Below are positions 52,204 to 62,916 of a stretch of 64,000 bases of DNA, in pieces. Source of the DNA: Tortispora ganteri (taxonomy: Eukaryota). How positions within the stretch are numbered: position 1 is the first letter of the stretch; each line of letters opens with the position of its first letter. Below the pieces are notes generated by a model that was not told where the DNA came from, did no database searches, and was given only the letters and a program-made list of their open reading frames with translations. A program made the position numbers and the translations under genes. Location of the stretch: contig PPNB01000003.1 of NCBI GenBank assembly GCA_003707115.1, positions 62,001-126,000 on the forward strand. The letters are read 5' to 3'.

Positions 52204-55200
52204 ATGCCCCTGAATAGCGACAGTAGTAGTGAAAAGAGAAGAACGCCACAATCATTACCACCTCTCAACACTAATGTCGATCAGGTTCGCACAACGCAGT
52301 TCAGAAGCGCTCATGCCCCTCCAACTCATAGCCCTTTGGTCAGCACAGCACCTCGTCGAGTTTCATCCGATGACATTTCTTTGCAGAATGACGCTCAAAA
52401 CATAGGACTTGGCCTTTATACTGAAAGCCAAATTCTTGATGACGCTGAACCTCCAACGTCTCCTACAAAAAGAAGACGCGGATACTCTTTGAGAACGCAA
52501 CTTTTCGCTAGAAACATGTCTCGCACTGTTGAAACTGGGCCCGATGGTCTTCCGGCTTCGCCTTCAGCTTCAATACACGAATTCGACGATCTTTCTACTC
52601 AGGAAGGTATTTCAGATGGTACGCAAGGTTACGTCGACTCGCAAGACTCTACCTATAGTAAATCTAAGCGCACAAATATAAGATCTTTCCACCGTCATAG
52701 ATCTGGCTTACGAAAAATCAAAGATTTTATACTTAGACAGAGGCAAATACCACCAACTGTCGACGGCAGACATATACCAGTCGCAATTGAACATGCATGC
52801 CCACTCATTGACGAACGAACGAAAAAGCCTTACGTTTCTAACCTTATCACATCTTCTGTTTACACTATCTACACGTTTCTGCCGCACCAGCTCTATGTGC
52901 AATTTTCTAAACTTGCAAATATATACTTTTTGGGCGTCTCTATCTTGCAAATGATACCCTCGTGGTCAACCACAGGTACTTACACCACCATCATACCTCT
53001 TTTAATCTTCATCTCTATATCTATGGGCCGTGAAGGGTATGAAGACATAAGACGTCACCGTAATGACAAAGCAGAAAACAACAGAATAGCCCGAGTCGCC
53101 CGTCGAAAACGATCTTTGTTCCTAGCTACTAGCGAAACTTCTTCGACAGCTCACCTCGAACCGCAGGAAACATGCTCATCTGATACCGATGATTACAATG
53201 ATTCAGATTCCCCTTTATCCTGGGACCAGATTGCGTGGAAAGACCTGAAGGTCGGCCAAATTATCCAACTTAGAGATGGAGATTGGGTACCTGCCGATAT
53301 AGTTTTGCTTTCAGTATCTGGAACTTCACACACTGCTTATATAGAAACTATGGCGCTTGACGGTGAAACAAATCTTAAAAGTCGTCAATCGCTGCGCCAA
53401 GTCCAGAAAGCCTGTGATAATGACACAGGATTGGCATCTTTTCAATCTGAAGTTGTGGTAGAAGACCCCAATCTTGATCTCTATAACTTTGAAGGTCGAG
53501 TCGTACTGTCTGATTCTGAAGTTGTGCCTCTTAATAATTCCAACGTTGTATACCGTGGCTCTATTTTACGAAATACTGAAAGAGCCACTGGAATTATCAT
53601 TTTCACCGGAGAAGAATCGAAAATCAGAATGAACGCCATAAAGAACCCACGAATCAAGAAACCAAAACTACAGCATACAGCTAATATGGCCGTCCTTGTG
53701 ATGTTTTTTCTTGTGATGTTTCTTTCTGTTTTCTCTACGCTGGCACATATAATTGTAATGAAAGGTTATACCGATTCTTTCTATATCGCAGATCTTGGTG
53801 TCGGTGTTGTTCCAAACTTGATGGGATTTATTATCATGTACAACACTCTGATTCCGCTTTCGTTATATGTGTCTATGGAAATTATAAAAGTTTCTCAGAT
53901 GCTAATACTGCAACAGGATATTGATATGTATCATGTTGAATCTGATACTCCGTGTGAGGCCAGGACAGCGACCATTAACGAGGAACTAGGTCAAGTCAGT
54001 TACATATTTACAGATAAAACAGGTACGCTCACAGATAATCACATGGCTTTCAGGAAGATAAGCGTTGCTGGCCATTCCTGGGTGCACAATGTGGATATAT
54101 TAGAGCATGAATTGAAACAAATGAAGAATGCAAAAGGTACTTTGCAGACTCCGAAACATTCAGGTGTCTTAAGCACACCAGTTCATTCAAGCTCAAAAGC
54201 TCGGCGGTCAGCTTCGAAAATCTCTACCGAAAATCCTCGAAAATCCTCTTCTCGGTCAGTCAAGGTGCTGGAAGTGGATCAGGAAGTTCGCCGTTCGTTA
54301 AGCATTGCAGATGATGAGAAAGAGCCCTACAGATTATCATGGATATCTGGAACCGAATCGCATGCCAATCCTCATAAGACCTCTGAATCAAGGTCGACGG
54401 CTTCATTATTGCGTTACATTCAACGTAATCCACTAACACCATACTCAAGGAAAGCTAGATTCTTCTTGCTTACTATCGCATTGTGCCATACATGTCTTCC
54501 GGAAGATGCGGCTACGAGAAGAAAGCGTGAAGCTAGACTGAATGCAGATAATAAGGGAACAAAAAAGAGAAAAAGTACATCTACTGCCTTTTCAGTAAAC
54601 GATAAAAATGAATATGACGAGGAAGAAGAATTTGGAGACGATGATATTACTTACCATGCCGCCTCACCGGATGAAGTAGCCCTTGTGACTGCTGCAAAAG
54701 AGATGGGATTTATTGTCGTGAACTATGAGCATCAAACTATAACTATGAGGACTTTCCGCCCGGGGTCCAATGAGTTACGCGATGAAACATACCAGGTGCT
54801 GGACATTATTGACTTCTCATCAACACGCAAACGTATGTCTGTTGTTGTAAAATTCCCAGATGGCAGAATATGTGTCATCTGCAAAGGTGCAGATACAGTT
54901 ATATTTGACCGACTCGAGTCTCATGAGCTGGCAAGTGCCAAGATGCGTTCAGTTAACCAAAAAACTGCACTGAGGAAAAGTCTAGAAGCCCGAAAATCAA
55001 TGACCAGGAAATCTGTTGCATCTGCCCTTTCTCCTGTTGCTGAGTCGGACAAGCGTGTTGCCAGTGCTTTATTAGGCCAAGATAAGATGGATACATCATT
55101 CGGCAAGGCTAGTATAGAGCTAAGAAGCGAACGGTTTGCCTCTCTCGATGGATTTTTTCAGCGTGCGCACGAGCTTGACTCGAGAGGAACGTACAGTGAT

Positions 55201-57123
55201 GACTTACAAGTGGAAACTACTCCTTTATCTCCTGAGATAAATGACATGATAAACCGCAGATCCTTTGCGTCGCCTGATGTACATCATGCGACAGACGAAT
55301 TGTCACAAATAGTTGACGAATCAGTTGTAACTGATGATGCAAAAGTGATAGAACGAACTTTAGAGCATATTGACGAATTTTCCACGGAGGGTTTGCGCAC
55401 ATTAGTATACGGTTACCGTTTTGTGCCTAAAGAAGAGTATGTACATTGGAAAAAACTGTACCACGATGCTACTACTAGCTTGACACAGCGAAGCAAGAAG
55501 ATAGAAGAAGTGGGAGCTTTGCTTGAACGGTCTTTCGAGTTATGTGGTGTTACAGCAATCGAAGACAAACTGCAAGAAGGTGTACCTGAAGCTATAGAAC
55601 GATTAAGGCGCGCGAATATCAAATTATGGATGTTGACTGGCGACAAACGAGAGACTGCTATTAGTATTGGATATTCGTGCCGCATCGCTAAAGACTATTC
55701 AACTATGTTTATACTTAAAAGTGAAGACGATCTGAATTACAGAATTACTGATGCAATGATTCAGATTGAGAAGCGAGAATGTGCTCATTCTGTCATTGTG
55801 ATTGACGGTCACGCTCTTGGAATAGTAGAAGAGAACCCGATACTTTTATCGCTATTCATTGACTTATGTGTGAATGCGGATTCTGTGATATGCTGTCGAT
55901 GCAGTCCATCGCAAAAGGCCAATATGGTTAAAGCGGTTCGAAAAAAATTGAAGAAGGCTGTTACGTTAGCTATTGGCGATGGTGCCAATGACATTGCTAT
56001 GTTACAATCCGCGGATGTCGGTATTGGTATTACAGGAAGAGAAGGTTTACAAGCTGCGAGGTCGTCAGACTATTCTATTGCACAATTTCGCTTTTTGCTG
56101 AAATTGCTATTTGTGCATGGCAGATGGAATTACACTAGAACGGCGAAGTATGTTATGGTGACATTTTACAAAGAGGTTATATTTTACTTATCGCAGGCGA
56201 TTTACCAGAGATACACACTCTTCTCAGGAACATCATTTTACGAACAATGGTCATTATCTATGTTCAATACGCTGTTCACGACACTTTGTGTGTTGACTAT
56301 AGGTATATTTGAGCGGGATTTGAATCCTGCGACACTTATAGCAGTGCCGGAATTGTACAGTAGTTGTGGGCAGAGGAGTACAATTTTTAATATGAGAACG
56401 CTTTTCAGGTTGCTTATCCTAGCTGCTGGACAAGCTGTGCTGATATCGTTTAGTATTGCATATCTGTATGGATTTCAGGCATTATACGACAACGGAATAT
56501 ATAGCATGGGTGTGATGAGTTTCCTTGCTACGATTATCATAATCAACACCAAAATATTAGTGCTTGAGATGCACACAATTACTTATGTGAATGCGATTGC
56601 ATTTATTGCCTCAATTGGAGGATATATTCTGTTTACGCTTTTCACGGGATACCTCTACAAGACGAGCAATAGCTATTCGCTGTTTGTATACAATGCGTTT
56701 ATTAACCGGTTTGGAACACAACTGCAGTGGTGGGCATCACTGTTTATTGTATTTGTTATGCCGCTGATGCTTGATATAATTTTTCAGTTATTAAGATCTA
56801 GCTTTTTCCCTACGGATACGCACATTTTCCAAGAGATTGAGAAAGATCCGATGCTGATGCTGCGACTGGAGGAGGAAGCGAAGGACGAGCTTAAGCTAGG
56901 ATGGGAAGGGATTAGGCCAAATTACGAGGCAGAGATTCAAGATATCTTGACAAAATCGCGGGACATGGAGCAAGGATCTATTCATCCAATGCAGAATATC
57001 AGGAAGAAGAATCGGTTCAGCCGAATTATACCATCGCGGGGGTCAGTGTATGATCGACCGGACGACGGGCTGACGTTTTCTGAGCGAATGAAAGACCGAT
57101 TTAACGAGCTGAGGTACCGCTAA
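52204..57123 (+). CDS. DNF3: P4-ATPase phospholipid flippase, Dnf3-type
   Basis: DGETNLK, DKTGTLT, KGAD, LTGDKRET and GDGAND. GRHIP/IDERT..PY.SN N-terminal motif typical of Dnf3. Confidence 0.9.
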   Translation: MPLNSDSSSEKRRTPQSLPPLNTNVDQVRTTQFRSAHAPPTHSPLVSTAPRRVSSDDISLQNDAQNIGLGLYTESQILDDAEPPTSPTKRRRGYSLRTQLFARNMSRTVETGPDGLPASPSASIHEFDDLSTQEGISDGTQGYVDSQDSTYSKSKRTNIRSFHRHRSGLRKIKDFILRQRQIPPTVDGRHIPVAIEHACPLIDERTKKPYVSNLITSSVYTIYTFLPHQLYVQFSKLANIYFLGVSILQMIPSWSTTGTYTTIIPLLIFISISMGREGYEDIRRHRNDKAENNRIARVARRKRSLFLATSETSSTAHLEPQETCSSDTDDYNDSDSPLSWDQIAWKDLKVGQIIQLRDGDWVPADIVLLSVSGTSHTAYIETMALDGETNLKSRQSLRQVQKACDNDTGLASFQSEVVVEDPNLDLYNFEGRVVLSDSEVVPLNNSNVVYRGSILRNTERATGIIIFTGEESKIRMNAIKNPRIKKPKLQHTANMAVLVMFFLVMFLSVFSTLAHIIVMKGYTDSFYIADLGVGVVPNLMGFIIMYNTLIPLSLYVSMEIIKVSQMLILQQDIDMYHVESDTPCEARTATINEELGQVSYIFTDKTGTLTDNHMAFRKISVAGHSWVHNVDILEHELKQMKNAKGTLQTPKHSGVLSTPVHSSSKARRSASKISTENPRKSSSRSVKVLEVDQEVRRSLSIADDEKEPYRLSWISGTESHANPHKTSESRSTASLLRYIQRNPLTPYSRKARFFLLTIALCHTCLPEDAATRRKREARLNADNKGTKKRKSTSTAFSVNDKNEYDEEEEFGDDDITYHAASPDEVALVTAAKEMGFIVVNYEHQTITMRTFRPGSNELRDETYQVLDIIDFSSTRKRMSVVVKFPDGRICVICKGADTVIFDRLESHELASAKMRSVNQKTALRKSLEARKSMTRKSVASALSPVAESDKRVASALLGQDKMDTSFGKASIELRSERFASLDGFFQRAHELDSRGTYSDDLQVETTPLSPEINDMINRRSFASPDVHHATDELSQIVDESVVTDDAKVIERTLEHIDEFSTEGLRTLVYGYRFVPKEEYVHWKKLYHDATTSLTQRSKKIEEVGALLERSFELCGVTAIEDKLQEGVPEAIERLRRANIKLWMLTGDKRETAISIGYSCRIAKDYSTMFILKSEDDLNYRITDAMIQIEKRECAHSVIVIDGHALGIVEENPILLSLFIDLCVNADSVICCRCSPSQKANMVKAVRKKLKKAVTLAIGDGANDIAMLQSADVGIGITGREGLQAARSSDYSIAQFRFLLKLLFVHGRWNYTRTAKYVMVTFYKEVIFYLSQAIYQRYTLFSGTSFYEQWSLSMFNTLFTTLCVLTIGIFERDLNPATLIAVPELYSSCGQRSTIFNMRTLFRLLILAAGQAVLISFSIAYLYGFQALYDNGIYSMGVMSFLATIIIINTKILVLEMHTITYVNAIAFIASIGGYILFTLFTGYLYKTSNSYSLFVYNAFINRFGTQLQWWASLFIVFVMPLMLDIIFQLLRSSFFPTDTHIFQEIEKDPMLMLRLEEEAKDELKLGWEGIRPNYEAEIQDILTKSRDMEQGSIHPMQNIRKKNRFSRIIPSRGSVYDRPDDGLTFSERMKDRFNELRYR

Positions 57124-57173
57124 CCGGGAAAGGAGGTGAATTGATATAAATTTATGCATACATTCACAAACAA

Positions 57174-57731
57174 TTAATCATTCTTTTTTTGTAGAAAGTT
57201 GACAAGCCAGCGTTCAAATACTTGGAAGATACCGTTTGAGAGTTCAACACCTTCTGAGACCCATATCGAAGGAGCGCCATTGAGATTTCCCATTACTACA
57301 TCTGTAAGAACTCTATCACCTATTACAGCAATTGATGCGGGATTGTTTACGCCTCGTTTAGAGAAATAGTGGAGAATATCAGGAAAACAGCCAGGTTTCT
57401 TTATGGTATGGCGGAGGACGGCGGCGCCAGTATTTGATTCGAGGATTTCAGCACGACCGTCGTCTTTAGTTCCAGTAGAGTTAGAGACAATAAGGAGTTT
57501 ATTAGGGTATTTTGCTTGAAGATACTTCCAGGTATCAGAGTATTTATAATAAACGGAGTCAGTGCCGTCTATGGCAAAGCAGTTATCTTTGTCGATGACA
57601 AGTGCGTGGATTTCAGGCAAGTTAGTTAAAATTGATGGAACGCGATCAAAAGTTGGTACAGAATATGTAGGAATGGCTAGTGATGGCTGAAATAGTACTT
57701 TAAAGAAGTTCAATGTGCCTGATAAGTTCAT
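57174..57731 (-). CDS. GEP4: Mitochondrial phosphatidylglycerophosphatase Gep4 (HAD)
   Basis: MNLSGT start, VIDKDNC, LIVSNSTG, HTIKKPG and IGDRVLTDV motifs. Confidence 0.95.
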   Translation of the reverse strand: MNLSGTLNFFKVLFQPSLAIPTYSVPTFDRVPSILTNLPEIHALVIDKDNCFAIDGTDSVYYKYSDTWKYLQAKYPNKLLIVSNSTGTKDDGRAEILESNTGAAVLRHTIKKPGCFPDILHYFSKRGVNNPASIAVIGDRVLTDVVMGNLNGAPSIWVSEGVELSNGIFQVFERWLVNFLQKKND

Positions 57732-57821
57732 TGTGGTGTTTTGACTGTGGGTACATGTATAGGACATTAAGTAATTTAATATAGATATATATATAACTTA
57801 TTATATAACATATTATATACG

Positions 57822-57839
57822 TATATATATATATATATA
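57822..57839. repeat. (TA)9 microsatellite in an AT-rich spacer
   Basis: Direct reading. Confidence 0.9.
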
Positions 57840-57925
57840 AATATATTATACACATATATATAATACCAACTAAACTATTAAACCTATACTTCTATACTCT
57901 ATAAATTTATATTCATCATAAAATG

Positions 57926-58249
57926 CTAAATAGACCACATCAATTCATCATTAGATTCACCAAGTGAATCAACATAACTCTTTATATTTTTTGTCTCCTT
58001 CTTATTCGATTTCAATAAGATATATCGTTCTTGGAGTGCTTCTTGAATATTCGAAGCGTACATCATCATATTCTCCATATCCTCGGATGTATCCATACTC
58101 GTATCTTCTGTACTTTCGATCTCCACCGCATCAGCTTCTTCTTGTGCAATTCTCTCATTATCTACGTCATCCTTCGTAGTATCTTCAACCCTTACCCTTT
58201 TATAATTAGTATCCGCAGCATTAGCTGCATCAGCTTTCCTCTTCTGCAT
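57926..58249 (-). CDS. Hypothetical acidic protein (107 aa)
   Basis: ATG ORF divergent from BYE1, with NLS-like KRK..KRVR and an acidic middle. No recognised family. Confidence 0.55.
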   Translation of the reverse strand: MQKRKADAANAADTNYKRVRVEDTTKDDVDNERIAQEEADAVEIESTEDTSMDTSEDMENMMMYASNIQEALQERYILLKSNKKETKNIKSYVDSLGESNDELMWSI

Positions 58250-58342
58250 CTGCCGGGGTCGTCTGCAACACCCGTTGTGTATTATTTTAATGAAACTTGT
58301 CTTTTGACAGGGTAACTTATCATTAAACCATACAGCAAAACC

Positions 58343-60718
58343 ATGCAGCCAGCCAGACGATCGTCTAGAAAGCGTGCTCCAAGACTGCTGGATGACGATT
58401 TTATTGACTATTCAACCAAAAAGACAAAATCAGACACCGTTTCGGCCAGTCACAAGAAGAAGCAGGACCCTCCACCTTCCAACGATCGACAGAACGACGA
58501 TAACCACGACTATGAGGATGTACATGACCACAAACAAATCGATGACGAGAACGAGGACGAGGACGAGGACGAGAACGAAGAAAGCGTGAGATGCGTATGT
58601 AATAACACATATGGTGATGAAGATGATACAGTACTATGGGCGCAATGCGAACAATGTGGCGTCTGGCAACATCCTCATTGTACTATGGGCGTAGACAACC
58701 CGGATGATCTCCCCGAGCAATACTACTGCGAGCAATGCCATCCTGACGACTTTCCTAACCTCGTGCCTGCTGAAAAGCTGCCTGAGTCTCCGGATTTTGA
58801 TGCGTCTGAAGACCGCACCGAAGACGCCGTTGACGACGTCGCTGACGCTTTAGACTCAGACACAGAATTTCCTATGCCGCGTCGCCGACCACCGCCACGA
58901 CGCAGATCACCACCCCCGCGAGCCCCAGCACGCGTTCCTGCACGTAAACCGCAGAACAAGCAGCTAAAACAGTCACCGGCAGATGTCGTTCAGGCAAAAG
59001 CCAGGGACTCTGTTATTGCTAGCTTAACCAAGCTACTTGAACCTCTCGTTCAAACAGCTCTCGACAACAAAGAGTTCACTCTCCCTGAAGACACATCCGT
59101 GCAACAGTTTGTCGCAAACCTTGTAAAGGAAATAGAGGAGGCCATATCTGCTCACACAATTATGCCCAAATCTACAGACCTCGCTAAGTACCGTGAAAAA
59201 GTCAGAACAATCATGTTCAACATCAAGGACCCGAAAAATGACGTCCTCAGACGTAAGGTATTCACTTCCCAGATTTTGCCAAAAGATCTTGCCACTATGA
59301 CCAGCGAAGAGATGCTGAACCCTGAACTTCAGAAACTCGCAGAAGCAGTACGCGCTGAAAGTATATCGCATTCCGTCCTCAAGGTAAACACAGGACCGCG
59401 AATCAGACATACCCATAAGGGCGAAGAGCTTATAGGCGAAGAGGAAGAAGAGAAAAGCGAGGATAACCGGCTAGCTCAAGATTCTCTTTTATCTACAAGT
59501 CAAGGTGACCAAAAGACTTCGACAGAGCCCGACAACGCACACGACCTATCCGACGCTGCGGACGAAAGCTCCCCAGAACTTGGCTACCTTGACGAAGACG
59601 AAATTCTCTCCACTGCTGTTAAACTCCAGCCGCAATCTCCTTTGCCGGATACTAATACGAACACAAACGTTTCTTTCAATGGTGGAAACGATCGGTTCCC
59701 TGAGTACTCCAATCAGTTTAGTGACAACGAAGAAGATACAAAACCGTCTGGTACTACAAACGATCACGATATGCTGAGCGATTTGGACGATATTTTAAAC
59801 GACGATAATGATAGTGCAGACGATTATGACCCTGAGAGAGATTTCAAATCAAAAAATGATCAAAAGAAACCCGCAGAAACAGAATTACAGCCGGAAATGA
59901 AACCACAAAAACTGTCTCCCTTTGAACAGTCACCTGTGTGGTCCGGAAAAGTCCAAATGCCAGCTGTCACAGAGTTCATTGCTTCAGGGTATCACGTCGG
60001 TAACCCCGCAGGAAGATCTTACAAAGAACGCGCTGAATGGACGTCTATCATAAGTTCTGAATTATACATTGAAGGGCGAGTGCCTTCTACTTCTGCTATT
60101 AAGTACTTACAAGGGTTAGCTAATGCAAGCAGAGATCTATACGCAGTGGAGCTGATATGCGATACGAGCCAGAAAGCTGAATATGATGAATTACTAGAGC
60201 ACCTGCTAGGGAAAGATAGATATGGTGTGGTACGAAACAGTCGGTCATTAGTCAAAGATGTCTATATTGTGCCCATGAAAGAAGGCTGGAAGACTATGTC
60301 GACAATCTCTTTTCGTAAATATATCCGGTTTTCAAAAAATTTCGAGTCAAACAATGATCCGAAACTCATAGCGATATACGTGGTGAACAGACACGAACCT
60401 AAAACTCAAATACCTGACAATGCTGTGCATTCGGAAACACCGATGGCTATGCCCATGTCAATGTCTATGCCAGTATCTCAGTCACAAACGCAGTCAAATA
60501 TGCCGTCATACGGCTCTGGATTTAACCAAATAGATGGCGGAGAAATAACTTCTCAGTTATCCTACTTGAGTAATCTGGGTATCTCTCAGGAAAACATTGC
60601 GCTCCTGTTGCAAGTTATTTCTATGACACCAGAGGTGCAGAATCGACCTGATCTGCTAGCAAACCCGGCTTTCTTGATGGATCTCGTCAGGAAATACCAG
60701 GAGCAACAGTCTTTGTAA
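58343..60718 (+). CDS. BYE1: Transcription factor Bye1 (PHD, TFIIS-central, SPOC)
   Basis: VRCVC..WAQCEQCGVWQHPHC..YYCEQC, YREKVRTIMFNIKD.KN, RHTHKGEE and SPOC (IEGRV, RYGV, VKDVYIVP). Confidence 0.93.
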   Translation: MQPARRSSRKRAPRLLDDDFIDYSTKKTKSDTVSASHKKKQDPPPSNDRQNDDNHDYEDVHDHKQIDDENEDEDEDENEESVRCVCNNTYGDEDDTVLWAQCEQCGVWQHPHCTMGVDNPDDLPEQYYCEQCHPDDFPNLVPAEKLPESPDFDASEDRTEDAVDDVADALDSDTEFPMPRRRPPPRRRSPPPRAPARVPARKPQNKQLKQSPADVVQAKARDSVIASLTKLLEPLVQTALDNKEFTLPEDTSVQQFVANLVKEIEEAISAHTIMPKSTDLAKYREKVRTIMFNIKDPKNDVLRRKVFTSQILPKDLATMTSEEMLNPELQKLAEAVRAESISHSVLKVNTGPRIRHTHKGEELIGEEEEEKSEDNRLAQDSLLSTSQGDQKTSTEPDNAHDLSDAADESSPELGYLDEDEILSTAVKLQPQSPLPDTNTNTNVSFNGGNDRFPEYSNQFSDNEEDTKPSGTTNDHDMLSDLDDILNDDNDSADDYDPERDFKSKNDQKKPAETELQPEMKPQKLSPFEQSPVWSGKVQMPAVTEFIASGYHVGNPAGRSYKERAEWTSIISSELYIEGRVPSTSAIKYLQGLANASRDLYAVELICDTSQKAEYDELLEHLLGKDRYGVVRNSRSLVKDVYIVPMKEGWKTMSTISFRKYIRFSKNFESNNDPKLIAIYVVNRHEPKTQIPDNAVHSETPMAMPMSMSMPVSQSQTQSNMPSYGSGFNQIDGGEITSQLSYLSNLGISQENIALLLQVISMTPEVQNRPDLLANPAFLMDLVRKYQEQQSL

Positions 60719-60779
60719 AGAGTGTAATATTGTAGAAATGTCTTTATTTCATTTTTGGGTTTAAAACGCCGTGTTCTCT

Positions 60780-62516
60780 CTATGAAAACACAGAAGTAAT
60801 TTTCGTAAGTTTACCACGAAGTTTCTTTGCCAGCGTTTGCTTTGGAAGATCCTCCGCATAGACAAACGTTCGAGTGACAAGGTTGAAAATAGTGCCAAAT
60901 GCCAATGCAATCACTGTACTCGTAAGTATAATAACATTATAAGGCATGCTGAAATCAGGGGTGGGTAATGAGAGCAACGAACTCGTAGTGCGAAACACAG
61001 CCCTTGGCGACAAAGAATCAGTAAGAACTTCGATAATAGCTGGAGAGATGTCAAATCCTCTATTAGCATCTGGCGGGTATTCATTATAATAGAGTAAACT
61101 CTTCTCAAACTGATACATTGTAACAATTTTGTGACCTGCAGGGATAGTTATTAACATTTCAATATGCGAGGGAGAGACTCGAGGTTGAGCCGGTTTGTAA
61201 TATAGCAATTGGACAATATCAGAAGAGACATTGGAAGCCGAAAAGGAGCCGGCAGCAACTTCGGTACCCACTGAGTCGAATAAGGTATAAGTGAAAGAAT
61301 GAAGATATACTCGCATGAACCAAGGAAGTACTTCATATGTGACAAATGACACGGGAGAATTACTAGAAGTACTCTTATAAACGGAATGAAACCCACCACG
61401 TTCCTGGCCCCATCCGACTAGATGCCGGCTAGCAAGAATTGGAGAAGGGGTTTTAGGGAGAACCGACTCACGCGTTTCAGAGTGTATGGATAAATCAAAA
61501 TCGGATTCAGGAGGCAGAACATAGCAGATCTGGTCTGTGCTTTTAGCTGCGGGGGAAAGTTTGCCAGTAGCAGTGACAGACCAGTTTTCTGTAGGGATAT
61601 GAAGACATATTTGAGGTGACTCTGAGGTGATTTTGGACAGACAAGCACCGTTCTTTATCGGTGAACCAAACAGGTCCGAGAGGGTAACATTGAGTTCGCC
61701 AATGCCCGGAACACGGGGATAGCAGATTCCGCCCTGCGGGTTACTGTATTCTCGAGAGGAGTCGCACTTGACGGCGTCATAAGGTTCTGGTTCAGGAACA
61801 GGGTTAACGCGGCGCTCGAGAGTTCTATCGACATGCAGAACAGCGTGTATAGACTGGCGCAAATAGAGATGGCCGTCATCAAGGGACAGGTCAATTGACA
61901 TGGACTGCCACTGAGATTGGAAAAGATGGTGGCCGTCTAAAAGGGAGGAGACACCAGCAGCACCTCTGCATGGTAGAAGTTTAAGATAGGGGGTAAGGTT
62001 CTCCGTGCAGACAGGCTCACTTGGGAGAGAGCCGTGAAACAGGTAGAGAGAGTGGTCAGTTTCGTGTGCACCAAGTACAGATTTTGGAGATGTGGTGTGG
62101 GCGGAGTCAATAAAGTTGAGAGATGCGCAAAACATTCCTGACAAGCTATTTGCAAGTAAGAACCAGGATGCCTCGGCGTCAGAGTAGGAGTCAGCTGCAA
62201 TACGGGCCCAGAGTTCTACACCTGTTCCAGCGATATTGGCGCCATTGTTCGGAGTGAGGCCCCAATTGTCTGCATCCCAATAGCCCTTTCCAAAACGAAG
62301 ATGAAGTTCTGAAGCATTAGAAGATGCAAGAATACCCTCAAGAACACGCGGGAACAGCTGGTGGTGGTGTGAGACAGCACTGGACAGGTTGAAGTCAAAC
62401 GAGACGAGCCAGTGCTCGCCGGTCATGGGCGTGATATCAAGCCGCTCATCATATGCATTAGCCAACACGCCAGAGGTTAATGTCAGCAGCAGCACCCACA
62501 AATCCAGCAACTTCAT
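60780..62516 (-). CDS. GPI16: GPI transamidase subunit Gpi16/PIG-T
   Basis: LSGMFCASLNF, EPVCTENLTPYLKLLPC, YPPDANRGF and LPTPDFSMPYNVIILTST motifs. Confidence 0.97.
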   Translation of the reverse strand: MKLLDLWVLLLTLTSGVLANAYDERLDITPMTGEHWLVSFDFNLSSAVSHHHQLFPRVLEGILASSNASELHLRFGKGYWDADNWGLTPNNGANIAGTGVELWARIAADSYSDAEASWFLLANSLSGMFCASLNFIDSAHTTSPKSVLGAHETDHSLYLFHGSLPSEPVCTENLTPYLKLLPCRGAAGVSSLLDGHHLFQSQWQSMSIDLSLDDGHLYLRQSIHAVLHVDRTLERRVNPVPEPEPYDAVKCDSSREYSNPQGGICYPRVPGIGELNVTLSDLFGSPIKNGACLSKITSESPQICLHIPTENWSVTATGKLSPAAKSTDQICYVLPPESDFDLSIHSETRESVLPKTPSPILASRHLVGWGQERGGFHSVYKSTSSNSPVSFVTYEVLPWFMRVYLHSFTYTLFDSVGTEVAAGSFSASNVSSDIVQLLYYKPAQPRVSPSHIEMLITIPAGHKIVTMYQFEKSLLYYNEYPPDANRGFDISPAIIEVLTDSLSPRAVFRTTSSLLSLPTPDFSMPYNVIILTSTVIALAFGTIFNLVTRTFVYAEDLPKQTLAKKLRGKLTKITSVFS

Positions 62517-62916
62517 CAAAATGAGGCAAAATTGTCAGATAGAAGGTACTATGGTGATCGGATTCGGCGCCGGTTTTTATTCGAGTAATCCGTGCTTTAA
62601 CTGGGGTTGGGTTCGTGTAACGCCAAAGGGACTAGACTAGTGATCCTCAATATCGTTGGTTGTACGCGTTTCCATAGCAACCATAAATTGCCTAAGCAAA
62701 AAAAAAAAAACTAATAAGTTGACCTTTCGCGATTAAAGCAAAGTTCAGGAAACATTCATCCTAAACAACCCCACCCCCCTTTGCGCCGTAAAATAGTGCA
62801 GAAAAGCCCACTCAAACAGAATTATTAAGACTGTTTATTATATAAATATTGTGGTGCTAATACAAGTGTTTGCGTCTTAGAGTATTGTGCTATCTGAGCT
62901 CGCTGCACGGCGTATA

